64,000 nt of DNA, from the NCBI GenBank assembly GCA_029245395.1, contig JAQWPL010000024.1, positions 90,887 through 154,886 on the forward strand, in the 5' to 3' direction. The notes under the pieces were generated by a model. The model was not told the origin of the DNA, searched no databases, and saw nothing but the letters and a program-made list of their open reading frames with translations. Numbering within the stretch: the stretch's first letter is position 1; every line of letters starts with the position of its first letter. This document shows positions 48,317 to 56,901 of this stretch, in pieces. This stretch comes from Gammaproteobacteria bacterium (GTDB taxonomy: Bacteria > Pseudomonadota > Gammaproteobacteria > Pseudomonadales > Pseudohongiellaceae). The translations under genes and the position numbers were made by a program.

Positions 48317-48393
48317 TGGTGGGCCCACCAGGACTCGAACCTGGGACAAACGGATTATGAGTCCGTTGCTCTAACCAACTGAGCTATAGGCCC
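48317..48393 (-). tRNA. tRNA with CAT anticodon (elongator Met or lysidine-modified Ile2)
   Basis: 77 nt: GGGCCTA-TA-GCTC-AGTTGGTTA-GAGC-A-ACGGA-CTCATAA-TCCGT-TTGTC-CCAGG-TTCGAGT-CCTGG-TGGGCCC-ACCA. The cloverleaf folds by hand. Not initiator-like: no three G-C pairs in the anticodon stem and 1-72 is paired. Confidence 0.9.
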
Positions 48394-48580
48394 TTTTAGC
48401 CGGCGTCTTTTGTCCGTACTTTTCGTTGTAGCATTTATTTCTCCTCAGTCATGTATTAGTAATACACTCCTTCGTCAAAAAAATACTACGCCTGGATTAC
48501 GAACAAAATACTTGCCTAAAAAGTCTTATTTGATTTGTACGGGTAGGAAGCCAGGAATTAGAAACCTTTTTATCAGGTAC

Positions 48581-48624
48581 AAAAAAAACAAGCACGCAAT
48601 TATAAGGGGATAACTGCGTACTTG
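48581..48624 (-). terminator. Rho-independent terminator on the minus strand
   Basis: On the minus strand, CAAGTACGCA..loop..TGCGTGCTTG is followed by eight T, about 50 nt downstream of the 23-codon ORF. Confidence 0.6.
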
Positions 48625-48866
48625 CTATATGCTCAGGTTATAAGTGGGGGACCTGAGACTAAGGGAGTCTGTTATTGACGATTTAAATCACCAAGTGTCA
48701 ATGCAAGGGCCATTACGATGCCAAAGGCTGCGAGGACTGTCATGTTCGTGCTCCTGAGTGGTAATCACTCGCTCGTTTAACTTGGTGGCCACTTTACGCG
48801 TCTCAAGGTATAAATAATAATGAATAATTATTAACATACCTATGAATGTGAGTTATATTAAGGCTC

Positions 48867-49796
48867 ATGGATATTCGTCACTTAGCCAGGGTCGACCTGA
48901 ATCTGCTCATTACGCTCCAGGTATTAATGGAGGAGCAAAGTGTGTCCAGAACAGCGGAAAAGCTGTTCCTGACGCAGCCTGCCATCAGCAAATCCCTCTC
49001 GCGCTTGCGGGATATTTTTGATGATCCTCTGTTTACTCGTACCGGCAGGGGGTTAGTGCCGACGCCTTTTACCCAGTCCCTGAAACAGCCGCTTGAATCC
49101 ATTTTGGATGACATGGAAAACCTGTTTGTTTCGGAAACTTTTGATCCTGCCACTTACAAAGGTGAGTTCATCATTGCCATCAATGAATTTATGGACATGG
49201 TGCTGTTTCCTATTCTGGTGGAAGAGTTAAGCCGAGAGGCGCCGGGGATGCATCTGGTCACTCTCACTCAACAGGAAAATCAGCTGGCTGGTTTGGAAAA
49301 AGGCGAGCTGGATTTTGTACTGAACCTGAAGTTTTCGGACATTCCACCGAATTTTCAGTCTGACCTGCTTATCGAAGTGCAACCTGCTTTATATGCCAGA
49401 GCCAAGCATCCCCTCATGAAACGCAAGAAGCTGACTTTTGAGGAGCTTTTGGAATATCCCCGTGTTGGCTTGAACATGCCGGATATGGATAAGTTGAGCG
49501 TATTCATGAACGACACTACTTCTGCAACGCTGATGCCATGGCCAAGTGCGTTTGAAACAGAAAACCTGATTACGGCACTGGAGGTGATTAGCCGGACCGA
49601 TTACTTGCTTCCTGGTTCCTGCCTGATCAGACATTTTGCGACAAAGGATTTGTTATTCAAGGAATTACCGTTTCAGATAGGCCCTGGGGTGAAGATTGAA
49701 TATTGTCTGGTATCCCATGACAGGGCGGCACGCTCGCCTGCCCACCAGTGGTTGCGGGAAAAGATTATTTCACTGGCGGGGAAGATAGAGACCTAA
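48867..49796 (+). CDS. LysR-family transcriptional regulator
   Basis: N-terminal wHTH LNLLITLQVLMEEQSVSRTAEKLFLTQPAISKSLSRLR. Confidence 0.9.
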   Translation: MDIRHLARVDLNLLITLQVLMEEQSVSRTAEKLFLTQPAISKSLSRLRDIFDDPLFTRTGRGLVPTPFTQSLKQPLESILDDMENLFVSETFDPATYKGEFIIAINEFMDMVLFPILVEELSREAPGMHLVTLTQQENQLAGLEKGELDFVLNLKFSDIPPNFQSDLLIEVQPALYARAKHPLMKRKKLTFEELLEYPRVGLNMPDMDKLSVFMNDTTSATLMPWPSAFETENLITALEVISRTDYLLPGSCLIRHFATKDLLFKELPFQIGPGVKIEYCLVSHDRAARSPAHQWLREKIISLAGKIET

Positions 49797-49833
49797 TAGT
49801 TTAAATAATGAAAAAACCTGTAAGTCTTGGTAA

Positions 49834-50460
49834 CTACAATAGCGCTTTTTCTTTATTAACCAGGAAATCAACAATATCCAGAGTTTCCTGTGAAAGAGCT
49901 ACCAGGTATTTGCCATTTACAATCAGAGAAGGTGTGGACCGTGCACCCGCCTGAATAGCCTGGTTCTTGGCGCGGTTAATTTCACTGTTCACTGTGAATG
50001 AATTGTAGGCCTTGTTGAAATCAGCTTCGTTGGTGCCGTGTTCGGCAAATAACTGTTTCAGTTCTTCTTTATCACGCAGGCGGTTGTCCTGCAGGTGCAT
50101 GGCATTAAATATTTTCATATGCATATCTACCAGCGCCCCAAGTGACCTGGCTACGTAATAGGCGCGGGCGTGAACTTCCCGCCAGTCATCCCATATGGCA
50201 GGCAGGCGCAGGCAGATCACGCTTTCATCCTGTTTTTCAATCCAGTTTGCCAATTGCGGTTCAAACTGGAAACAACCGGGGCATCCGTACCAGAAATATG
50301 CAGTGACTTCGATGGCGTCGGGGGTTCGATCAGGTAATGGGTTTTCAATGACGGTAAAGTCTCTGCCAGGCAGGAAACGGTCTGGTTGAGCAAAAACACC
50401 AGATGCAAGAGGCAGGAGACAAGAGGCAAGGAGAAGTACCGGGATTCTTATTGCTCGCAT
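49834..50460 (-). CDS. dsbA: DsbA-family thiol:disulfide oxidoreductase (CPGC active site)
   Basis: FWYGCPGCFQFEP; signal MRAIRIPVLLLASCLLPLASGVFA. An alternative upstream ATG at 50520 abuts the heptamer repeat. Confidence 0.75.
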   Translation of the reverse strand: MRAIRIPVLLLASCLLPLASGVFAQPDRFLPGRDFTVIENPLPDRTPDAIEVTAYFWYGCPGCFQFEPQLANWIEKQDESVICLRLPAIWDDWREVHARAYYVARSLGALVDMHMKIFNAMHLQDNRLRDKEELKQLFAEHGTNEADFNKAYNSFTVNSEINRAKNQAIQAGARSTPSLIVNGKYLVALSQETLDIVDFLVNKEKALL

Positions 50461-50520
50461 TGCCAGGATTCTGTTTGTAAGAAATTGCGTTGTATCGATA
50501 AATAATTTTTTTATAATCAT

Positions 50521-50579
50521 CTTGTCTCTTGTCTCTTGTCTCTTGTCTCTTGTCTCTTGTCTCTTGTCTCTTGTCTCTT
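50521..50579. repeat. Heptanucleotide tandem repeat (CTTGTCT) x8.4
   Basis: Counted directly: eight perfect units plus CTT. It fills the whole gap between the stop at 50581 and the ATG at 50520. Confidence 0.95.
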
Positions 50580-50580
50580 T

Positions 50581-50913
50581 TTAGCACATGCCCAGTGGTG
50601 TTAACTCTGACTCAAAAGTGACCATTTGAAATTCAGGCAGATCAACTGCAGAAGCTGACGCATTAGAGACATCACATTGAGCCAGTTGCCCGGCATCTGA
50701 CATCTCCAGTTGTTGTTGGCTACTAACCAGTTGCAATACATTGATAGCTACAGAAGCAACCAATGCTGAGGCCAGCACCAGTGGCATATAACGATGCCAA
50801 ATAGACTCGCCAGATTCGTTATTAATCTGTTCTATGCCTTTTTCCAGATAGTTTGCTGAAGGATTGGCAAGATTCAATTGTGACAGTTTTTTCTCTAATT
50901 CATTTTCAGTCAT
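50581..50913 (-). CDS. Putative anti-sigma factor (single-pass membrane protein)
   Basis: 8-nt overlap with the ECF sigma gene; one TM segment, MPLVLASALVASVAINVL. Confidence 0.5.
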   Translation of the reverse strand: MTENELEKKLSQLNLANPSANYLEKGIEQINNESGESIWHRYMPLVLASALVASVAINVLQLVSSQQQLEMSDAGQLAQCDVSNASASAVDLPEFQMVTFESELTPLGMC

Positions 50914-51373
50914 TGAGTAACTCCTTTAACTTTGCAAGACCGCGTCTGTACCAGGATGCCACTGTGTTGGGAGAGGCTTCCATGATGTGGGCGATCTCAT
51001 CAAAGGTCAGGTCTTCAAATAATTTCAATATAAGGACCTGTTGTTCATCCAGGGCTAACGTCTGGATTTGTGTTTTTATCTGCTGAATCAGTGTGCTGTG
51101 TCCTGCATCACCGGAAGTCGTCTCGAGGTAATCCTCTTGTATATCCACCAATGCTACCTGTCGGCTTACCTGTTTCAAGCTATGTAATGCCTTGTTACGT
51201 ACCACTCGATACAGGTAAGCAGCTGTGTCACGAGGCGCTTCCCGTAAAGAAGCAACTGCCAGCAATGCTTCATGCACACTATCTTCAGCCGCCGCGCGAT
51301 TGCGGGTGATTGCCAAGGCCGACACATACAGGTGGCGCTGGTGCTGAAGAAATACCTTTTCCAGTTGTTTCAA
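50906..51373 (-). CDS. ECF-type RNA polymerase sigma-70 family factor
   Basis: Region 2: AEDSVHEALLAV..YLYRVVRNKAL. Region 4: LDEQQVLILKLFEDLTFDEIAHIMEASPNTVASWYRRGLAKLK. Confidence 0.85.
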   Translation of the reverse strand: MKQLEKVFLQHQRHLYVSALAITRNRAAAEDSVHEALLAVASLREAPRDTAAYLYRVVRNKALHSLKQVSRQVALVDIQEDYLETTSGDAGHSTLIQQIKTQIQTLALDEQQVLILKLFEDLTFDEIAHIMEASPNTVASWYRRGLAKLKELLND

Positions 51374-51525
51374 ATGCTTTTACTGCCTTTCTTTACCTTA
51401 TAAGAGTTCTGACGGGTAAAAATTTGTGCAGTTCCTTAGAAAAAAATATATTTTGGGAAATAATTAAGAGTGAAGAGGAAAGAGGAAAGAGGAAATGTAA
51501 GGAGTTAGAAGGAAATAAGAACAAT

Positions 51526-51553
51526 AAAAAAGGCGCCTGTTGGCGCCTTTTTT
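51526..51553. terminator. Bidirectional Rho-independent terminator downstream of rpoD
   Basis: AAAAA-AGGCGCC-TGTT-GGCGCCT-TTTTT. Confidence 0.8.
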
Positions 51554-51567
51554 ATAAGTTGGAACTA

Positions 51568-53403
51568 TCAGGATTCGTCCAGGAAGCTTTTCAGGTGATC
51601 CGAGCGAGTCGGATGACGCAGCTTACGCAGTGCTTTCGCTTCAATCTGACGAATACGCTCACGGGTTACATCGAACTGCTTGCCTACTTCTTCCAGCGTG
51701 TGGTCGGTATTCATATCAATACCGAAACGCATACGCAGTACTTTGGCTTCACGCGCAGTCAGGCTACCCAGCACTTCATTGGTAGCTTCACGCAGGCCTT
51801 CGTCCAGGGAAGAATCCACTGGAGAATCAATGTTGGCATCTTCAATGAAATCACCCAGATGTGAGTCTTCATCATCGCCAATGGGTGTTTCCATGGAGAT
51901 AGGTTCTTTGGCGATTTTAAGCACTTTGCGGATTTTGTCTTCAGACAGTTCCATGCGATCGCCAAGTTCTTCCGGTGTCGGTTCGCGGCCTTTCTCATGC
52001 AACATCTGACGTGAAATACGATTGAGCTTGTTGATGGTTTCAATCATGTGTACTGGAATACGGATAGTTCTGGCCTGGTCCGCGATGGAACGCGTAATGG
52101 CCTGCCTGATCCACCAGGTGGCGTAGGTCGAGAACTTGTAACCTCGACGATATTCAAATTTGTCCACGGCTTTCATCAGGCCGATATTGCCTTCCTGAAT
52201 AAGGTCGAGGAATTGCAGACCACGATTGGTGTATTTTTTGGCAATAGAGATAACCAGACGCAGGTTGGCTTCTACCATATCTTTTTTGGCGCGGCGTGAT
52301 TTTGCTTCGCCTATGGACATGCGGCGGTTGATGTCCTTGATTTCACCAATGGTCAGTCCGGTTTCTTCTTCAACCAGGCCAAGTTTTTTCTGGGCGCGGA
52401 CAATTTCAACTTTCACCTTGGCCAGAGTCTCGGAGTAATCTTTCCGGCGCAGGTGGCTGTCTATCCACTTTTTGTTGATCTCATTACCCGGGAAGCTTTT
52501 AATGAAAACACTGCGTGGCATACGACCGGTGTTGATAGCCAGATTGCGAGCATTTCTTTCATGGCGACGGATACGTTTCAGACAAACACGGATATGTTCC
52601 AGCAGCGGGTCAAACTGGCGAGGGGAAAGCTTAAAAAATTTGAACACTTCACCCAGTTTTTCCAGGGATTCGATACCCTTGGCATGATCGCGGCCGTATT
52701 TCTTCAGAGCTCGCTGTGTTGAGCGAAACTGTTTGCGCAATTCATCAAAACGAATTTTTGCCAGTTCAGGATCCGGACCGGTAGGGGCTTCATCGTCATC
52801 ATCGTCAGTAGAAGCAGCATCACCAGTTTTGTCAGTTTTAGCAGGGGCTTCTGCTGCGGGACTGTTTTGTGCGACCTGAACACTGTCATCACCAATATCA
52901 AGATAACCAGTCAGTATATCCGGCAGACGCTTCTCTTCTTTTTCTACCATTTCATATTGATCCAGCACGTAATCCACTGTGCCTGGGAAAAAGGCCATGG
53001 CCGACATCAATTCACGGATACCTTCCTCAATACGCTTGGCAATTACAATCTCGCCTTCGCGGGTAAGCAGTTCTACTGTTCCCATTTCCCGCATGTACAT
53101 ACGCACGGGATCTGTGGTGCGACCGGCTTCGTTTTCAACTGCTGCCAGGGCGGCTGCAGCTTCAGCAGCAGCCAGTTCATCTGTTTCACTTTCGATCATC
53201 AACAACTGGTCGGCATCCGGTGCGGTTTCAAACACCTTGATACCCATGTCGTCGATCATCTGAATTATGTCTTCGACCTGATCCGGGTCAGAAATTGATT
53301 CAGGCAGGTGGTCATTCACTTGTGCATAGGTCAGGTAATTCTGCTCCTTACCTTTGGCAATCAATGCTTTGAGACTGGACTGTTGGGTTTGGACTTTGCT
53401 CAT
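51568..53403 (-). CDS. rpoD: RNA polymerase primary sigma factor
   Basis: 611 aa; acidic spacer; conserved regions [67 protein letters not shown] and [30 protein letters not shown]. Confidence 0.98.
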   Translation of the reverse strand: MSKVQTQQSSLKALIAKGKEQNYLTYAQVNDHLPESISDPDQVEDIIQMIDDMGIKVFETAPDADQLLMIESETDELAAAEAAAALAAVENEAGRTTDPVRMYMREMGTVELLTREGEIVIAKRIEEGIRELMSAMAFFPGTVDYVLDQYEMVEKEEKRLPDILTGYLDIGDDSVQVAQNSPAAEAPAKTDKTGDAASTDDDDDEAPTGPDPELAKIRFDELRKQFRSTQRALKKYGRDHAKGIESLEKLGEVFKFFKLSPRQFDPLLEHIRVCLKRIRRHERNARNLAINTGRMPRSVFIKSFPGNEINKKWIDSHLRRKDYSETLAKVKVEIVRAQKKLGLVEEETGLTIGEIKDINRRMSIGEAKSRRAKKDMVEANLRLVISIAKKYTNRGLQFLDLIQEGNIGLMKAVDKFEYRRGYKFSTYATWWIRQAITRSIADQARTIRIPVHMIETINKLNRISRQMLHEKGREPTPEELGDRMELSEDKIRKVLKIAKEPISMETPIGDDEDSHLGDFIEDANIDSPVDSSLDEGLREATNEVLGSLTAREAKVLRMRFGIDMNTDHTLEEVGKQFDVTRERIRQIEAKALRKLRHPTRSDHLKSFLDES

Positions 53404-53550
53404 CTTAAGTGTGATACCTGTATAAGAGAATCTAGTTTTGGTAGGTCAAAAAATAGCCGCGTATTTTAACCAATGCAGTATAGGGATACTAGCTATATTT
53501 ACTTCTCTAAGTGGGGCTTAGACCGCAGAATTCAAGGGAAAACGCAGTAT

Positions 53551-55338
53551 TTAGCCTTGATCGGGGGTGTTTTCTTCACCAGGAGCTTCGCTATTTCCAG
53601 TATTGCGACGAGAGTCCAGTTTCTGGCGGGCTTGCTCAATCCAGGAATGGTGGCTCAGTTTGTGGTGATGGGCTTTCAGTAAATGACCAATAATGTCATT
53701 GAATTCCTGCTCTATTCCCTCAGTAGGCGTTATCTGCTCACGGTTTAGCAACTGCGTCAGCTGGCTTCCCAGGGGGGTGGCGTAGATGCGTCCGAGCAAT
53801 TCAGGTGTGGTGCTGGCCGGGTGCTTTTTTGCCAGGGTTACGACTTGAAGCAGCAAATCCATATCAGGGCTTTCGATTGCTGCCAGATCCGAGTGTTCCA
53901 GATCAGCGGCAACTCCTGGCTTCAACAGAATAAGGTTAACGGCTCTCATACACACCGAACGGCCTGCCGGACTTTTCCTGACAGGGGGTTTGCTGCGCAC
54001 TGGAATTGTGTCCAGTTTCCTGCCTGAATCGGGCGTTTTTTCCATGCCTGCCAGAGTTTGCAAGGCAACACCTGTAATTGTGGATAATTGATCAAGCATT
54101 AGCTGGTGATAGATACCTTTTGGGACTTTTTCAATATGGGGTAGGGCCATTCTGCCAAGTCGGGCACGGCCCTCAAGGGAATTCATGTCCACTTGTTTTC
54201 CCAGTGACTGGAAGAAATATTCAGCAAGTTGGGTGGCCTCATTCATGTTTTTTACAAAAGCCGACTTACCGATCTTGCGCACCTCGGTGTCGGGGTCTGC
54301 TCCATCAGGTAGAAATAAAAACCGGGCAGTACGGCCGTCTTCCATTAATGGCAAGGCCTGTTCCAGTGCTCGCCAGGCGGCCTCGCGGCCGGCATCGTCA
54401 CCATCAAAGCAAAACACAACCTCTGGCACCAATTTGAACAGGCGGCGCAGGTGGCTTGTGGAAGTCGCTGTCCCCAGTGTGGCGACACTGTAAGTAATGT
54501 CATTCTGGGCCAGGGCAATGACGTCCATGTAGCCTTCTACGATCAGTATTTTTTCGAGCTTCCTGGTATTCTTTCTGGCTTCATATAAACCATAAAGCTC
54601 TTCGCCCTTGTGAAAAACCGGGGTTTCGGGAGAGTTCAGATACTTGGGCTTGTCGTCTCCAAGCACACGTCCGCCAAAGGCAATTATCCGGCCACGGTTG
54701 TCCCTGATGGGGTAAATAATGCGGTCCCGGAAACGATCGTAAAGAGGATGTTGCTTGTTGTCCGGGTTCTCTATCAGCATGCCTGCATTGATCAGGGCTT
54801 TTTTGAGTGGCTCATTTGTTCCGATTGATTCCAGCAGGTTGCTCCAGCCTGGCGGGGCATAGCCAAGCGCAAAGTCGCGGGCGATTTCACCGGACAGGCC
54901 GCGGCTTTTCAGATATTCCACCGCACGGGTTTTGTCAGGGTGCTTGCGCAATTGTGTTTGGTAGTAACGGCAGCTTTGTTCCAGCACTTCAAACAATACC
55001 TGGTTCTTCTCACGGCTGCGCAGGGCATCGTTGGATTCTTCACGAGGGACTTCCATGCCCATCTGGCTGGCCAGTTTTTCAATGGCCTCCACATAATCCA
55101 TGTTTTCGTAATTCATCAGAAAGCCCAGGGCATTGCCACCGGCGCCGCAGCCAAAGCAGTAATAGAACTGTTTATCAGGCTCGACGCTGAAGGAGGGGGT
55201 TTTTTCCTGGTGAAAGGGGCACAGGCCTTTGTAATTCTTACCGGCCTTTTTTAATGTTGTATAGGCATCGATCACATCGACAATGTCGACGCGATTAAGC
55301 AGATCATCAATAAAATTTTGTGGGATCAGGCCTGCCAT
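53551..55338 (-). CDS. dnaG: DNA primase
   Basis: Zinc ribbon CPFHQEKTPSFSVEPDKQFYYCFGCGAGGN; TOPRIM EGYMDVIAL...FDGDDAGREAA. Confidence 0.97.
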   Translation of the reverse strand: MAGLIPQNFIDDLLNRVDIVDVIDAYTTLKKAGKNYKGLCPFHQEKTPSFSVEPDKQFYYCFGCGAGGNALGFLMNYENMDYVEAIEKLASQMGMEVPREESNDALRSREKNQVLFEVLEQSCRYYQTQLRKHPDKTRAVEYLKSRGLSGEIARDFALGYAPPGWSNLLESIGTNEPLKKALINAGMLIENPDNKQHPLYDRFRDRIIYPIRDNRGRIIAFGGRVLGDDKPKYLNSPETPVFHKGEELYGLYEARKNTRKLEKILIVEGYMDVIALAQNDITYSVATLGTATSTSHLRRLFKLVPEVVFCFDGDDAGREAAWRALEQALPLMEDGRTARFLFLPDGADPDTEVRKIGKSAFVKNMNEATQLAEYFFQSLGKQVDMNSLEGRARLGRMALPHIEKVPKGIYHQLMLDQLSTITGVALQTLAGMEKTPDSGRKLDTIPVRSKPPVRKSPAGRSVCMRAVNLILLKPGVAADLEHSDLAAIESPDMDLLLQVVTLAKKHPASTTPELLGRIYATPLGSQLTQLLNREQITPTEGIEQEFNDIIGHLLKAHHHKLSHHSWIEQARQKLDSRRNTGNSEAPGEENTPDQG

Positions 55339-55475
55339 TGTTTTAGGTCTTATTCTTATTGGCGGTCATTCTAGCCAAGTTCGTGAGAAAAAGCGTTATG
55401 TTCAGTGTAATCATGGGAATGTCGATACAATTTGCTAAAATGAAAAAATGAGCTATTTTGAAAGAAACGAAAATA

Positions 55476-55883
55476 ATGAATAAAGAACAGATGGGGCATA
55501 TCTACACTGAGATCAGCCTGGGTAATGCGGCCAATAATACTGTCCGGCCTGTTACCGTCAATGCGCTGGCAGATACTGGCGCATTGATGCTATGTATTCC
55601 TGAACATATTGTTGTGCAGTTACAACTGGAAAAAATAGAAACCAGGGAAGTGATGCTGGCTGATGGTAAATGTACGACTGTGCCGTATGTAGGGCCGATC
55701 AAAGTTACTTTTGGTGAAAGGCAGTGTTTTGTCGGTGCGCTGGTGTTGGGAAATGAAGTATTGCTGGGTGCCGTGCCGATGGAGGATATGGATCTGGTGT
55801 TAAACCCGGCTCGTCAGCAAGTTACTGTAGATTCTGCCAGCCCTAATATCCCTCAATCGAGGGTTAAGAAAGCAGCTGCTTAA
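55476..55883 (+). CDS. Retropepsin-like (clan AA) aspartic protease family protein
   Basis: ALADTGALMLCIPE (D-T-G) and LLGAVPMEDMDL. The start could instead be the MGHIYTEISL ATG at 55491. Confidence 0.65.
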   Translation: MNKEQMGHIYTEISLGNAANNTVRPVTVNALADTGALMLCIPEHIVVQLQLEKIETREVMLADGKCTTVPYVGPIKVTFGERQCFVGALVLGNEVLLGAVPMEDMDLVLNPARQQVTVDSASPNIPQSRVKKAAA

Positions 55884-56316
55884 CTAGTTTACTTACAACC
55901 GCCATATCGGCGCGACCCGCCAGTAGCGGTCGAACTTCATTCATTACTTTACCCATGTCCTGCATGGTAGCCGCACCAGAATCGGTTATCGCTTTGTTGA
56001 CGATAGCCGTAATTTCTTCTTCGCTCATTGCCGCCGGCATGAATTCCTGGATAATTTCAATTTCAGCACTTTCGATATCAGCAAGATCCAGACGGTCGCC
56101 ATCGGTATATTGTTTTACCGAATCACGACGCTGCTTGATCATTTTGTCGAGGATGGAAATGATACGGTCTTCAGGAAGATCAATGCGCTCATCCACTTCA
56201 ATGCGTTTCAATTCAGAAAGCATCAGCCGAACGGTTGACAAGCGCGGCTTATCCTTTGCGCGCATGGCATCTTTCATTGCATCCGTGATGCTGATCTTCA
56301 GTGCGTGGTCCGTCAT
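55864..56316 (-). CDS. GatB/YqeY domain protein
   Basis: LKISITDAMKDAMRAKDKPRLSTVRLMLSELK...; sits in the canonical position between rpsU and dnaG. Confidence 0.85.
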   Translation of the reverse strand: MTDHALKISITDAMKDAMRAKDKPRLSTVRLMLSELKRIEVDERIDLPEDRIISILDKMIKQRRDSVKQYTDGDRLDLADIESAEIEIIQEFMPAAMSEEEITAIVNKAITDSGAATMQDMGKVMNEVRPLLAGRADMAVVSKLVKQLLS

Positions 56317-56341
56317 AATGAAAGGATTAGTTTAGGAGAGT

Positions 56342-56557
56342 TTAATAGAGGCGCTGAGTACGACGGGATTCACGAGACACTTTTTTCGCGTGACGTTTTA
56401 CAGCGGCGGCGGCTTTGCGCTTGCGCACAGAAGTCGGTTTTTCGTAGAACTCGCGGCGGCGTACTTCAGCCAGAACTCCTGCTTTTTCGCAGGAACGCTT
56501 GAAGCGGCGCAAGGCGACATCAAAAGGCTCGTTTTCTTTTAACTTTACTATCGGCAT
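56342..56557 (-). CDS. rpsU: 30S ribosomal protein S21
   Basis: [42 protein letters not shown]... Confidence 0.98.
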   Translation of the reverse strand: MPIVKLKENEPFDVALRRFKRSCEKAGVLAEVRRREFYEKPTSVRKRKAAAAVKRHAKKVSRESRRTQRLY

Positions 56558-56605
56558 TACTGGCTACCTGTAAATCGGTTTATCCCTGAGTATGAGGGCG
56601 CAGAA

Positions 56606-56634
56606 TTGTAATGGCAAAGCCCCGGAATTGCAAA
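56606..56634 (-). promoter_or_regulatory. Sigma-70 promoter candidate for rpsU-yqeY-dnaG-rpoD
   Basis: Minus strand reads TTGCAA, a 17-nt spacer, then TACAAT, about 50 nt upstream of the rpsU ATG. Confidence 0.55.
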
Positions 56635-56901
56635 GGTTTTAGGGGATAATTGGAGTATCCAGGGGCGCAATGGCTACTTCCATTAGCCGCTATTTTTAGT
56701 AGACTATAAATCCTTGAATTCCGGTTTATACCCATGAAACGCAGCAAAAAGATCAAATCCCTGTTTCTGGCAGGCTATTTCTCCCTTCTGGACTGGTCCT
56801 GACGCCTGTCTAGCTTCCTTAAACCCACTTTCCTGAACTGGTTTCAGGCGGCGGGCAGCCATTTTTTATAATTAAATCAATGATTTCATACAGGTGTAGC
56901 A

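Noticed and set aside
48410-48613. 67-aa plus-strand ORF next to the tRNA
   Set aside because: It sits in an AT-rich intergenic region, has a non-ATG start and low-complexity basic translation, and overlaps the minus-strand terminator.
50521-50579. Possible CRISPR array
   Set aside because: These are contiguous 7-nt units without spacers and there are no cas genes. It is a simple microsatellite-type repeat.
50345-50587. ORF translating the heptamer repeat as KRQETRD repeats
   Set aside because: It exists only because the tandem repeat lacks stops. It overlaps the dsbA-like N-terminus out of frame and has no start context.
51310-51864. 184-aa plus-strand ORF bridging the ECF sigma start, the terminator and the rpoD 3' end
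   Set aside because: It crosses a strong terminator hairpin and two well-supported minus-strand genes, so it is an artefact of an open frame.
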